Below, in pieces: positions 51,207-60,532 of a stretch of DNA of 64,000 bases. Under the pieces are notes generated by a model, which saw only the letters and a program-made list of their open reading frames with translations, was not told where the DNA came from and did no database searches. The DNA lies in contig JBDZVX010000002.1 of NCBI GenBank assembly GCA_040255925.1, positions 17,232-81,231 on the forward strand, written 5' to 3'. Origin of the DNA: Thermomicrobia bacterium. Its GTDB lineage: Bacteria; Chloroflexota; Chloroflexia; Thermomicrobiales; Thermomicrobiaceae. Each line of letters starts with the position of its first letter. Positions within the stretch are counted from its first letter, which is position 1. Both the position numbers and the translations under genes were made by a program.

Positions 51207-52076
51207 CTATTCCGCCAAGTCAACGATCAGGTAGCGATCAAGTCCGGCGAGATCGGGTTCGACCCGGCTTTGCGCCGTTGGGAAATGCCGCCTGGCAAGC
51301 TCGCGGATGGGCGCGGCCTGATCCGGGTCGATCTCACACACGAGCGCGCCTCCAGGATTGAGGAGATTCTTCGCGCGCGGGAGCAGGCGACGATAGAGGT
51401 CCAGCCCGTCGATACCACTATAGAGCGCGATCTCCGGCTCCCAGGCCAGCCCGTCATGGGCCTGGTCCAGCCGTAAGTACGGCAGGTTGGCGAGCAACAG
51501 GTCGATCCCAGCCCCGCACCATTCCAGCAGATCCCCCAGCACGAGTTCGACGTGCCCCGGTGCGAGGCGGTCCCGGTTCATCGCGGCAACCCGAAGCGCA
51601 TCCCGGTCCCGGTCGCTCCCGATAATCACCGGATTGACGCTATCCGGCAGCAGGCGAGCCAGGCTCACCGCAACGGCCCCGCTGCCGGTCCCGATATCCA
51701 CGACCAGCTTCCGGCGGGTGGACGGTGTGTGGAGTCGTTCGAGCGCCCATCCGACTAGGAACTCGGTCTCGGGCCGGGGAATCAAGGCCCGGCGATCGAC
51801 CTGGAAGTCAAGCCCCATAAACTCCCGGCGTCCGGTCAGATAGGCGACCGGCTCTCCAGCCGCCCGGTGCTCGATTCGCTCGCGGAACTGTTCGGCGATC
51901 TCCCCCGCTGTTGTGGCGGGATAGGCGAGATAGAGCCCGGCGCGGTCGGTGCCAAGCAGGTTCATCAGCAGGACCTCAGCATCGAGCCGGGGTGTGTTTC
52001 CGCCCGCCCGCGCCAGCCGGAGCTGTCCTTCCCGGAGAAGGTCCCGGATCGTGAGCGGGGAGACCTTAGGCAACAT
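51207..52076 (-). CDS. prmC: Release factor glutamine methyltransferase PrmC
   Basis: [31 protein letters not shown]. Downstream of prfA; an alternative start at 52097 is possible. Confidence 0.93.
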   Translation of the reverse strand: MLPKVSPLTIRDLLREGQLRLARAGGNTPRLDAEVLLMNLLGTDRAGLYLAYPATTAGEIAEQFRERIEHRAAGEPVAYLTGRREFMGLDFQVDRRALIPRPETEFLVGWALERLHTPSTRRKLVVDIGTGSGAVAVSLARLLPDSVNPVIIGSDRDRDALRVAAMNRDRLAPGHVELVLGDLLEWCGAGIDLLLANLPYLRLDQAHDGLAWEPEIALYSGIDGLDLYRRLLPRAKNLLNPGGALVCEIDPDQAAPIRELARRHFPTAQSRVEPDLAGLDRYLIVDLAE

Positions 52077-53169
52077 CACCATCGGCGCCCGCTCCATTCA
52101 GCCCGGCAGCCTGGAGCCGTTCCGTCTGCTCGGCGGCCCGGAGATCCCGGATAAACGGCTCGATCTCGCCATTGAGCACACCGGGGAGATTACCGAGGCT
52201 CATCTTGAGCCGGTGATCGGTCACGCGATCCTGCGGGAAGTTATAGGTCCGGATCTTCTCGGCCCGCTCGCCACTCCCGATTTGACCGCGTCGCAGGCCA
52301 CTCCGCTCCGCCTGAATCCGCTGCTGCTCAATGTCGTAGAGCCGCGCCCGGAGCACCGTCATCGCCTTGGCCTTGTTCTTGAGCTGCGACTTCTCATCCT
52401 GACAGGTCACGACGATGCCGGTTGGGATATGGGTAATGCGCACCGCGGAGTCGGTCGTGTTCACGCTCTGGCCGCCATGTCCGGTCGAACGGTAGACGTC
52501 GATCCGCAGATCCTCCTCTTTGACGTCCACCTCGACCTCTTTCGCCTCCGGCAGCACCGCGACCGTCGCGGTCGAGGTATGGATTCGCCCTCCCGACTCG
52601 GTGACCGGAATCCGCTGAACGCGATGAACGCCGCTCTCAAACTTGAGATGGCTGTAGGCGCCGTTGCCACGAACCTCGAAAACGATCTCCTTGAAGCCGC
52701 CGATCCCGATCTCGTTGCTGGAGAGGACCTCGACCTTCCACCGGTTCCGCTCGGCGTAGAGCGTATACATCCGGAAGAGATCCGCGGCAAAGAGCGCGGC
52801 CTCGTCGCCACCGGTCCCGGCCCGAATCTCGACGATCACGTTCTTTTCGTCCATCGGGTCCTTCGGGACGAGCAACTGCCGGATCTCGCTCATCACGCAC
52901 TGGCGCGTCTCACGCAATTCCACCAGCTCCGCCTGAGCAAGCCGGGCAAGCTCCTGATCCTGATCGTGGGCCAGCAGCTCGGTTTCCTCGATCTGCTCCT
53001 CGACCCGGTGCAGCTTCCGGTAGGCGCCGACCACCTCCTCCATCTCCGCCCGCTCCCGGCCATACTCCATCAACCGCTCCGGGTTGGTGGCGACGGCCGG
53101 CTGCGCCATCAGGTGTTCCAGCTCGTTATACCGGCGTTCAATATCCTCGAGTTTTTGGAGTACCGTCAT
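52066..53169 (-). CDS. prfA: Peptide chain release factor 1
   Basis: [20 protein letters not shown] (PVT motif), GGQ, RTYNFPQ.RVTDHR. Confidence 0.97.
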   Translation of the reverse strand: MTVLQKLEDIERRYNELEHLMAQPAVATNPERLMEYGRERAEMEEVVGAYRKLHRVEEQIEETELLAHDQDQELARLAQAELVELRETRQCVMSEIRQLLVPKDPMDEKNVIVEIRAGTGGDEAALFAADLFRMYTLYAERNRWKVEVLSSNEIGIGGFKEIVFEVRGNGAYSHLKFESGVHRVQRIPVTESGGRIHTSTATVAVLPEAKEVEVDVKEEDLRIDVYRSTGHGGQSVNTTDSAVRITHIPTGIVVTCQDEKSQLKNKAKAMTVLRARLYDIEQQRIQAERSGLRRGQIGSGERAEKIRTYNFPQDRVTDHRLKMSLGNLPGVLNGEIEPFIRDLRAAEQTERLQAAGLNGAGADGDVA

Positions 53170-53220
53170 TGTTCTATCCTCCGTCCTAGCCCGACATCAT
53201 GCCGCGAGGGAGACCGCTCG

Positions 53221-53739
53221 CTAGCCGTGGCCGGACGGGGGTATCCCAAGTGAATGTTCACGTAAATCATCCGCCGCAAGCGCCATCGCGACCGCCTCGT
53301 CCGCGGTACGGGCCTGGAGGTAGCGCGCCCGGCCCTTCGCGAGCCCCAAAACCCGCGACTCCTCAAGTTCCCAGCTTTGAATCGCCACCACACGTTTCCC
53401 CAGCTTCAGGGCCAAGCCGATCTCCGAGAGCGTCCCGAACCCGCCGCCAATCGCGATCACCGACTCTCCGGAGGCGACGACAAGCGCGTTCCGCGCCTCG
53501 CCCAACCCGGTACAGATCACGTGATCGACCCAGGGATTCGCTTCTTCCCGATCGTAGCCCGGAATGATCCCGATCGCGGTCCCGCCGGCGCGCTTGGCAC
53601 CACGGCAAGCGGCAGCCATCACGCCACTGCGACCGCCACAGACCACAGCATGCCCAGCCCTGGCGATGCGCTCGCCAATCGCTTCGGCGATCCGGATCTC
53701 TGCTTCGGTCGCCTCTCCCGGTCCACAGACCGCGATCAC
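53221..53739 (-). CDS. TIGR00725-type LOG/SLOG family protein
   Basis: CGG..GVM.A..RGA, GIIPG, TGLG.ARN, GGGFGTLSEI. Confidence 0.85.
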   Translation of the reverse strand: MIAVCGPGEATEAEIRIAEAIGERIARAGHAVVCGGRSGVMAAACRGAKRAGGTAIGIIPGYDREEANPWVDHVICTGLGEARNALVVASGESVIAIGGGFGTLSEIGLALKLGKRVVAIQSWELEESRVLGLAKGRARYLQARTADEAVAMALAADDLREHSLGIPPSGHG

Positions 53740-54326
53740 CGGCCGACTCCGTTCAACGGAAATTCGTCCAGCGGCGTATAGATCGGCCCGGTCCGCCTCA
53801 GCTCGCTCCGAAAGAGCGTCACCCGGTCAACCGGGACCGGCAACGGCGGGAACGCCGAAAGTTCGGCCAGCCGGCGTTCGACCCAGGTGATCGTCGAGAG
53901 GTCCTCAGGCTTGATCCGTGCCACGGTCAGATGCGGGTGAAACGCCCTCTCCTCCGCTGGGAAGCCGAGGTCCACGCTCGCCCGGTCGATCCCGGTCTGC
54001 AAGCGGTTCAAAAACTGGAGCTCGTGACCCCCAAGCCCGATCCAAAGCACGCGCGGCCGACGCGGGTTGGGGAAAACCCCGGCCCCGGCTGCCTGAAGCG
54101 TGAAGGTGGATTCCCGTTCGATCGCCTCCCGCAGCGCCTGTTGGAGCGCGTCCAGGCGCTCCCGTTCGACGTTGCCGTAGAACCTGAGCGTCAGGTGCGT
54201 GCGATCCGGGGTTACCCACTTCGCACGCCAACCGGCATTCGCCAGCAGCCTCCCGGCCTGGTCAACCCGTTCTCGAACGTCTTGGGGAACTTCAATGGCG
54301 GCAAAAAGCCGCCATACCTCGCTCAT
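53736..54326 (-). CDS. thpR: RNA 2',3'-cyclic phosphodiesterase (2H phosphoesterase)
   Basis: RLF.AI, two HxT motifs (HLTLRF.G and PHLTVAR), FP...PRVLW.G. ATG at 54326. Confidence 0.9.
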   Translation of the reverse strand: MSEVWRLFAAIEVPQDVRERVDQAGRLLANAGWRAKWVTPDRTHLTLRFYGNVERERLDALQQALREAIERESTFTLQAAGAGVFPNPRRPRVLWIGLGGHELQFLNRLQTGIDRASVDLGFPAEERAFHPHLTVARIKPEDLSTITWVERRLAELSAFPPLPVPVDRVTLFRSELRRTGPIYTPLDEFPLNGVGR

Positions 54327-54533
54327 GGCGGCATCCTCGACGCGAAAAGGTGTCCGCATTATCCGCGTATAGTATACCCGATTTGCGACACGTTCCTCTA
54401 GCATCGCGCGAACCGCGATCATCGGCGTGCCGGGCAGGTAGACTTCAGCGCCGGCATGGCGGCGTACGGGAAGGGCTCCGATCATCATTGCCGACATCCG
54501 CCGGGGCCGGATTCAACGTGGTAGTGAGGACGC

Positions 54534-55949
54534 ATGACGACCAATCCCCCGACGGTGTTGCTGATCGCGTCGGACACCATCGGCAAGCAAATGGCCGGCT
54601 CCGGCATTCGCTACTGGAACCTGGCACGAGTGCTGGGCCGGAAGCAGCCGGTGACACTCGCGATTCCAGCCGCGACGACGCTCACGCCACCCCCTGGCGT
54701 GACACTGGTTCCCTATGGTGGTCCGGACGCGGACGAAGACCGGCGCGGGAGGAAACTTGCGGAGCTGATCGCGGAACATCAGGTGATCGTCGCCCAGCAC
54801 CTTCCCTATCTCTACGCCGATACCGATGTCCTGGCATCCCGCTTCCTGGTCATCGATCTCTACGCGCCTTGGATACTGGAGAAGCTGGAATGGGCACGGA
54901 CCGACCCGGAACGCGGCGAACCGGCGCGCAGAGATGATGTCGCGATTCTCAACCGGCTGCTGTCGCTCGGCGATTTCTTCCTTTGTGCGTCCGAGCGCCA
55001 GCGCGACTTCTGGCTTGGCGCGCTGGCCGCTGCCGGGCGGATCGAGTTCGAGCACGCAGCCGCCGATCCCGGCCTGCGGACGCTGATCGACGTTGTGCCG
55101 TTCGGGCTCCCGGAAGCGCCGCCGGAAAAGACCGGGCCAGGGCCACGGGGAACGATAGCCGGGATCGGCCCGGATGATACCGTCCTGCTCTGGAACGGCG
55201 GCCTCTGGAACTGGCTCGACCCGCTGACGGCGATCCGCGCCACGCACCTGCTCGCGGCCGGTGACCCCAGCATCCGGCTGGTCTTCATGGGCACCCGCAG
55301 TCCGGTCGGCTGGGCCGCCGAAATGGGCATCGTAATCCAGGCGCGCGAACTGGCCCGAGATCTCGGACTGCTCGGCCGCCACGTCTTCTTCAACGATTGG
55401 GTGCCCTACGACGCGCGCCAGAACTGGCTGCTGGAGGCCGACCTGACCGTCTCGCTCCACACCGTGACCGCGGAGTCGCGGTATTCATTCCGAACCCGCG
55501 CGCTGGATAACCTCTGGTGCGGCGTCCCAACCGTCGCGACCGAGGGCGATGTCCTAGGCGATCTCATCCGTGAAGAGGGGATTGGCCTCACCGTGCCGCC
55601 AGAAGATCCCGGTGCGGTGGCCGAAGCGGTCCGCCAGATCCTCGATCCGACCCGGCGGGATGCCGTTCGCGATACCATCGCCGCCGTTGCCCGGCGCTAC
55701 ACCTGGGAACGCGCCAGCGAGCCCCTGCTGGCCTACTGCCGGGAGCCACGCCGGATCGGGAGGGCTCGGGGGAACGACCCGGTCGCGGCCTACATCCACA
55801 ACCTTGAGCGCACCTACAGCGAGACCGCGCAGTACGGGCGGCACCTGGAACGGGTGATCGCCCAACAGAACGCCGCGCTGGAGAGCTCGATCGACGCGAG
55901 GGTCCGACGCCTGGCCCATGCACTCCGTAGCCTCCTGCGCCGGGGCTAA
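54534..55949 (+). CDS. Glycosyltransferase family 4-like (GT-B)
   Basis: MAG.GIR, W.GG.W.W.DP, E...SFRTR..D.LW.G.P, YTWE. C-terminal coiled coil. Confidence 0.85.
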   Translation: MTTNPPTVLLIASDTIGKQMAGSGIRYWNLARVLGRKQPVTLAIPAATTLTPPPGVTLVPYGGPDADEDRRGRKLAELIAEHQVIVAQHLPYLYADTDVLASRFLVIDLYAPWILEKLEWARTDPERGEPARRDDVAILNRLLSLGDFFLCASERQRDFWLGALAAAGRIEFEHAAADPGLRTLIDVVPFGLPEAPPEKTGPGPRGTIAGIGPDDTVLLWNGGLWNWLDPLTAIRATHLLAAGDPSIRLVFMGTRSPVGWAAEMGIVIQARELARDLGLLGRHVFFNDWVPYDARQNWLLEADLTVSLHTVTAESRYSFRTRALDNLWCGVPTVATEGDVLGDLIREEGIGLTVPPEDPGAVAEAVRQILDPTRRDAVRDTIAAVARRYTWERASEPLLAYCREPRRIGRARGNDPVAAYIHNLERTYSETAQYGRHLERVIAQQNAALESSIDARVRRLAHALRSLLRRG

Positions 55950-55965
55950 GGCACGCGGGCATGGT
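55830..55965 (+). repeat. 136-bp imperfect direct repeat, copy 1 (3' end of the glycosyltransferase gene plus 16 nt)
   Basis: Ungapped match to 56784-56919 with 22 mismatches by hand count. Confidence 0.9.
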
Positions 55966-56056
55966 GATTCGCAGCAGACTACAACGACTTTAGGGGAATT
56001 CGCTGGCCCATTATTATTCGCAGGATCTAGACCGTCGCTGCTTGTTTAACACGAAC

Positions 56057-56464
56057 CTAATCCGGACAAAAGGATGAGGACATCGCTCGTTCTCGTATCC
56101 ATGCTTCCGCATCGTCTGTATCATATGCATGGTTTACAATGTCAATCACGAGAGCAAATAGCTCATCCTCGGAGGCACTAATCAACCAGCCATTCATGTT
56201 CAGGAACGTCTCGGTCGCGGTCCATGCTGTACGCTTATTACCGTCCAGGAATGGGTGGTTATGAATCAATCCGCAGAGGAGTGTTGCGGCCTGAGCTAGA
56301 ACATCCGCATTCTGATAATGAGCAGCGTGTTTAGGTCTGTCCAGTGCAGATTCGAGTAATCCTGGGTTAATCAGCCCGTTTCGCGAGGAGACAATAGAGG
56401 AGATCTCGTCTACGACTGTTACTCGTAGCTCAAGGATCTCCTCCACTGTGAGGTATTCTATGAT
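56057..56464 (-). CDS. doc: Death-on-curing (Doc/Fic family) toxin; canonical start uncertain (ATC at 56464 or GTG at 56446)
   Basis: GLLESAL.RP and HPFLDGNKRTA (Doc-type Fic motif). The typical N-terminus IEYLTVEEI lies upstream of the first GTG. Confidence 0.85.
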   Translation of the reverse strand: MIEYLTVEEILELRVTVVDEISSIVSSRNGLINPGLLESALDRPKHAAHYQNADVLAQAATLLCGLIHNHPFLDGNKRTAWTATETFLNMNGWLISASEDELFALVIDIVNHAYDTDDAEAWIRERAMSSSFCPD

Positions 56465-56649
56465 CGCTTATCCCTTGTATCCACACCACGATCATAAGCC
56501 TCAAGGCGCTCAAAGAGACCGCGGTTCTCCTGAATGACCTTCCGGCCAATAGCGATGACCCAAGGTCGCACGTTCTTTGCCGCTGGGGCACGCTCATTGT
56601 TATGCGAGTTGCACTCGTGGTTGATAGAGTTCTTGGTATTCTGGAACAT
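56458..56649 (-). CDS. Putative antitoxin of the Doc toxin (63 aa)
   Basis: AGGAG RBS. Overlaps the toxin 5' end. Amphipathic C-terminal helix IGRKVIQENRGLFERLE as in Doc-partner antitoxins. Confidence 0.65.
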   Translation of the reverse strand: MFQNTKNSINHECNSHNNERAPAAKNVRPWVIAIGRKVIQENRGLFERLEAYDRGVDTRDKRS

Positions 56650-56783
56650 GATCGCTCCTGCTCTTAGCGATGTCACCACCCCACCAGCGTTTCCACTGGT
56701 AACAGTCGCTGAGTCAATCGTGACACGAACTCGTGTAACTGTCAAGAACTGGCCATATCTAGCACTAAACAGCAGTATCTAAA

Positions 56784-56919
56784 CAGTACGGTCGGCACCT
56801 GGAGCAGGTGATCGTCCAGCAGAACGCCGCGCTGGAGCGCTCGATCAATGCACGAGTCCGTCGCCTGGCGCATGCGCTCCGCAGCCGCCTTCGCCAAGAC
56901 TAAGGCACGCGAGCACGGT
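56784..56919 (+). pseudogene. Orphan duplicated 3' fragment of the glycosyltransferase gene (repeat copy 2)
   Basis: Encodes QYGRHLEQVIVQQNAALERSINARVRRLAHALRSRLRQD* versus QYGRHLERVIAQQNAALESSIDARVRRLAHALRSLLRRG*. Confidence 0.85.
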
Positions 56920-57040
56920 CAATACCCCAGCGGCACGGCGGAGGTCACGCCGGATTAATGTGAAGTTGGCGCTGACACCTATCGGCGCGCACCCGGTTCG
57001 ACCTTGACATCACCCGAACGCTTCCCCTTCTGAATTCCCG

Positions 57041-57057
57041 TGGCACATCGGTTGCAT
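57041..57057 (+). promoter_or_regulatory. sigma54-like -24/-12 motif
   Basis: TGGCACATCGGTTGCAT (GG-N10-GC), intergenic, facing the stress-type cluster. Confidence 0.4.
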
Positions 57058-57549
57058 AAACCCTTGCGAGCGAGTGCTGGGGACATTGTTTGAACTCGTG
57101 TATGGGCGCCCGCACCGTTCGAGTGCGTCATCCATAACCCGCAGGACGGGCATCTTGGAGACAGCGGTCGTCGCCCTCATCGTCTTTAGCGGCCGGATCG
57201 GCCAAATGAATCACCAATCTCCCTTTGGTGAGGTCGTTTTTCACCGGGACCTGGAATCAGCAGGACGGACCACCGTCTTGGTTTCCGGCATCCCCCCGTT
57301 AGCCGGTCTCGCGCTGGCTCGAAGCTCTACAGCCCTCCCGCCGAATATCAGGCGGGAAGCGAGTGTTCGAGCGAAGCGTTAGCAGGCTGACTACTGCTAC
57401 CCCTTGAAGGGAACGGGCTTGCATCCAGAGCTGTGTTCGTTCAGAGGTCGAGTCGCGCCCTGCAGACCGACCAGACGGGAGATTGGTTGAGAGGCTCCAG
57501 CAGTTGCGGCCGGTCAAGGAAGATTCATTTCACGACAAGGAGGACTATC

Positions 57550-58086
57550 ATGGTTTATCAGGATCCCTTCGCTCGAAGTGAGCAGCCTGAAGAGATCCCG
57601 GTCGAAACGACCAAGTCCACTCCGGGCGGGAGCGACATCCCGATCGAAACAACGCCGACGCGGCCACCCAGCCAGCGCCCCTCCCAACAGCCGGAAATGA
57701 TGGAAAAAGCGCAGCAGCAGGCCAGCCAGTTGGCTGACAAGGCGCAGCAACAGGTCGAATCCCGGCTAACCACCCAGAAAACGCAAGCAAGCCAGGGGAT
57801 ACAGAACCTCGCCGGAGCGTTGGAACAGACGAGCCAGCAGCTTCGCCAGCAGGGTCAAGAGTCGCTGGCACAGTACACGACCAAAGCGGCGGATCAGGTG
57901 GAGCATCTGGCCCACTATCTGAACCAGCACGACATTAACGAACTTATCGACCAGTCCCAGAACTACGCGCGGCAGCACCCCGTTCCCTTCCTGGCCGGCG
58001 CGTTCGCCTTGGGGTTTGCCGCCTCCCGATTCCTGAAGAGTTCGGCCCAGCCGACTCCAATGCAGCAGTCTCGGCGAGCGTATTAG
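57550..58086 (+). CDS. Gln-rich helical protein with an ElaB/YqjD(DUF883)-like C-terminal anchor
   Basis: AAGGAGG RBS and YARQHP..FLAGAFALGFAASRFLK. Confidence 0.75.
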   Translation: MVYQDPFARSEQPEEIPVETTKSTPGGSDIPIETTPTRPPSQRPSQQPEMMEKAQQQASQLADKAQQQVESRLTTQKTQASQGIQNLAGALEQTSQQLRQQGQESLAQYTTKAADQVEHLAHYLNQHDINELIDQSQNYARQHPVPFLAGAFALGFAASRFLKSSAQPTPMQQSRRAY

Positions 58087-58126
58087 CAGGGACACTATCG
58101 GGTCACGAGAGCAAGGAGGGATTCGC

Positions 58127-58516
58127 ATGGAGCAGCCAAAAGAAGAGCGGTCAGTCGGCGAGCTCCTCTCAGAGCTGACTCGGGAACTGAGCACCCTGTT
58201 TCGCCAGGAGGTAGCGCTTGCCAAAACGGAGATGAGCCAGAAAGCCTCGAAAGCCGGCAAAGACGTGGGCTATCTGGCGGCTGGCGGGGCCATTGCCTAC
58301 GCCGGCTTCCTTACGATTCTGGCAGGCGTGGTTCTCGCCCTGGGCTTGGTGCTTCCCTGGTGGGCGTCAGCTCTTATCGTAGGGGTCGTGGTCGCGTTAA
58401 TCGGCTACCTCCTCATCCACAAAGGGCAGACCGCTCTCAAGAAGGTCGATCTGACTCCTCAAGAGACCGTGGAGACACTCAAGGAGGATAAACAGTGGCT
58501 GAAAGAACAGGCCTGA
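58127..58516 (+). CDS. Phage-holin-like (DUF1469/YhjD-type) membrane protein
   Basis: S.GEL..L..L.RQE..LAK.E, two TM helices, P..T.ETLKED..W. Confidence 0.85.
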   Translation: MEQPKEERSVGELLSELTRELSTLFRQEVALAKTEMSQKASKAGKDVGYLAAGGAIAYAGFLTILAGVVLALGLVLPWWASALIVGVVVALIGYLLIHKGQTALKKVDLTPQETVETLKEDKQWLKEQA

Positions 58517-59325
58517 TCAACGACGATGACCGGTCCATGCGCCCACCTCCGATTGGGGGTGGCGAAGAGAGCCCGGAGGAGCTACGAGAAGACATTGAAC
58601 AGACTCGCTCAGAGATGAGCGAGACGATCGACGCCCTCCAGGAACGGTTCAGCCCAGAGCAACTCAAGGCACGGGCGGAGGACCTTAAGGACCAGGCATC
58701 CGAGTCCGTCCGGGAGGCGACCATTGGAAAGGTAGAGCACATGGCGAGTGACGTGCAAGAGAAGGCCAAGGATACCGGCGAAACAATCGTCACGACGATC
58801 AAAGAGAATCCGATCCCGGCGGCACTAGCGGCCCTTGGCATTGGTTGGCTCATCAAGGAGAGCCGGAGCGGCTCCATGCAAAGACCCTCGTACACGTACG
58901 GGCAATATGGACAACCGCAAAGCGGCATGGGCCAAACGTTTGAGCAGATCCAGGACAAGGGCGGCGAGCTCGTGGGCCGGGTTGAGGGCACTGCCGGGCA
59001 AATGGCCGGGCAGGTGCAGACCCAGGTCAGCCAAATGAGCAGCCAAGCCCAGCAACAGGCGCAGCAGCTCAGCCGCCAAGCCCAGCAGATGTATCAACAA
59101 AATCCTCTCGCTATGGGTTTTGCCGCTTTCGCGCTTGGGGCGGCGGTCGGATACATGGTGCCGGAGACGCCTCAGGAAAATCAGTTCATGGGCGAGGCCC
59201 GCGACACGCTGGTGAGCCAGGCCCAATCGGTAGCCCAGGACACCATGCAGAAAGTGCAAAACGTCGCGCAAGAGGCGAAAGGGGCGGCCCAGCAGGAGGC
59301 CCAGGAGCAAGGTCTTAGCGGGTAG
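58495..59325 (+). CDS. DUF3618-like domain protein with Gln-rich helical repeats
   Basis: AAGGAGG RBS before the GTG. EL..DIE.TR.EM.ETID.L..R..P, NP.....G.GW, P.T..E...MGE.RD. Confidence 0.8.
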   Translation: MAERTGLINDDDRSMRPPPIGGGEESPEELREDIEQTRSEMSETIDALQERFSPEQLKARAEDLKDQASESVREATIGKVEHMASDVQEKAKDTGETIVTTIKENPIPAALAALGIGWLIKESRSGSMQRPSYTYGQYGQPQSGMGQTFEQIQDKGGELVGRVEGTAGQMAGQVQTQVSQMSSQAQQQAQQLSRQAQQMYQQNPLAMGFAAFALGAAVGYMVPETPQENQFMGEARDTLVSQAQSVAQDTMQKVQNVAQEAKGAAQQEAQEQGLSG

Positions 59326-59400
59326 GGTCTAGCGATCCTACCGCTCGAGCCGACCTCCTGTGACTATGCACGAGGCGAACAAGGAAGGAAGATCGTTACG

Positions 59401-60411
59401 ATGGGTGAGTATCAACAAATCCCACCAGAAGATCAGACATGGCCGACGCAGCCGGGCCAGGGTCCGCCCGACCTTGAAGCCGAAGGACTCGGCAATGTCG
59501 TGGAGCGCGAGCCGACGCCGTCGATCTCCAAGGAGCGCTATGTCGCCTGGCTGAATGACGCCTACAGTATGGAGCAGTCGATAAGCAAGGTCCTGGAGAA
59601 CCATGTCAACGACGCCAAGGACTATCCGCTGCTCCAGACCCAGCTCCAGAAGCATCTTGAAAAGACCCGCGACCATGCCGAGATAATCAAGGGCTGCATC
59701 GAGCGTCTCGGCGAGAACCCTTCCGCCATTAAAAGCGGGATAGCCAGTATCACCGGCATGATGGGGGGTATGTCGACCGGTATGGCCAAGGATGAGCTGG
59801 TCAAGAATGCCATCTCCGACTATGCCACCGAGCACTTCGAGATCGCTTGCTACACCGCGCTGATCACGGCCGCACGGGACTACGGTGACGCGGATACCGT
59901 CCTGGCCTGCGAATCGATCCGCCGGGACGAGCAAGAGATGGCCCAGTGGCTGGAGCAGCGGTTGCCGATTATCGTCGAGGAGACGCTGCGGAACGAGTCC
60001 GAATCGGGCCAGGCGGGTGAACAACACGACGACAAGAGCTTGTTGGAGAACCCGGTGGTGGAAGCCGGCCTGGCAGCCGGCGCGGTCGGATTGGCCGCGA
60101 TGGCCGCCAAACGTGTCATGGAAGGGCGATCCTCCGAGGAGGAAAGCACCGCCGAGAAGATCGGCGCCCAGGTTCGCCCGGGGATGACCGTGAACAGCTC
60201 GGACAACGTGAGCATCGGCCACGTGATCCAGGTCCACCCGGACGGCGGGAACTTCCTGCTCGAACGGCCGGGCGGAGACGAATACTCGATCTGGGTACCG
60301 CTAACGGGCATTCGTGACCTGAGCGGCGACCAGATCACTCTTGGAGTTCCGTCCAGCGAGATCGATCAACAAGGCTGGGCGGAAGCTGAGCCCCCGGGAG
60401 CCGGTCCGTAG
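59401..60411 (+). CDS. Ferritin-like DUF892 (YciE/F-like) protein fused to a C-terminal PRC-barrel/DUF2171-like domain
   Basis: WLNDAYSME, HL..T..H, YATEHFEIACY..L..AA, then IGAQVRPGM.V.SSD...IG.V. Confidence 0.82.
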   Translation: MGEYQQIPPEDQTWPTQPGQGPPDLEAEGLGNVVEREPTPSISKERYVAWLNDAYSMEQSISKVLENHVNDAKDYPLLQTQLQKHLEKTRDHAEIIKGCIERLGENPSAIKSGIASITGMMGGMSTGMAKDELVKNAISDYATEHFEIACYTALITAARDYGDADTVLACESIRRDEQEMAQWLEQRLPIIVEETLRNESESGQAGEQHDDKSLLENPVVEAGLAAGAVGLAAMAAKRVMEGRSSEEESTAEKIGAQVRPGMTVNSSDNVSIGHVIQVHPDGGNFLLERPGGDEYSIWVPLTGIRDLSGDQITLGVPSSEIDQQGWAEAEPPGAGP

Positions 60412-60467
60412 TGCGAACGACCTGCAACGTTCTGAGAGCCGCGATGCACGTATGTGAACCGCGCAAC

Positions 60468-60499
60468 CCCACCCGCTCAGGACGCACTGGGCGGGTGGG
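60468..60499. terminator. Hairpin between convergent genes, divergent member of the ACCCGCTC hairpin family
   Basis: CCCACCCGCTCAG-GACGCA-CTGGGCGGGTGGG. Confidence 0.65.
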
Positions 60500-60532
60500 T
60501 GCATCTGGTTGGTTCCTTTCGTTTCTCGCGCA

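Noticed and set aside
44349..53253. Long antisense ORFs (for example 44896-46080, 47546-48871, 51949-53253)
   Set aside because: Shadow frames of well-supported genes in GC-rich DNA, with no recognisable motifs.
58127..58516. Holin-like gene as evidence of a prophage
   Set aside because: This family usually occurs in the non-phage DUF3618 stress triad, and no phage genes are present.
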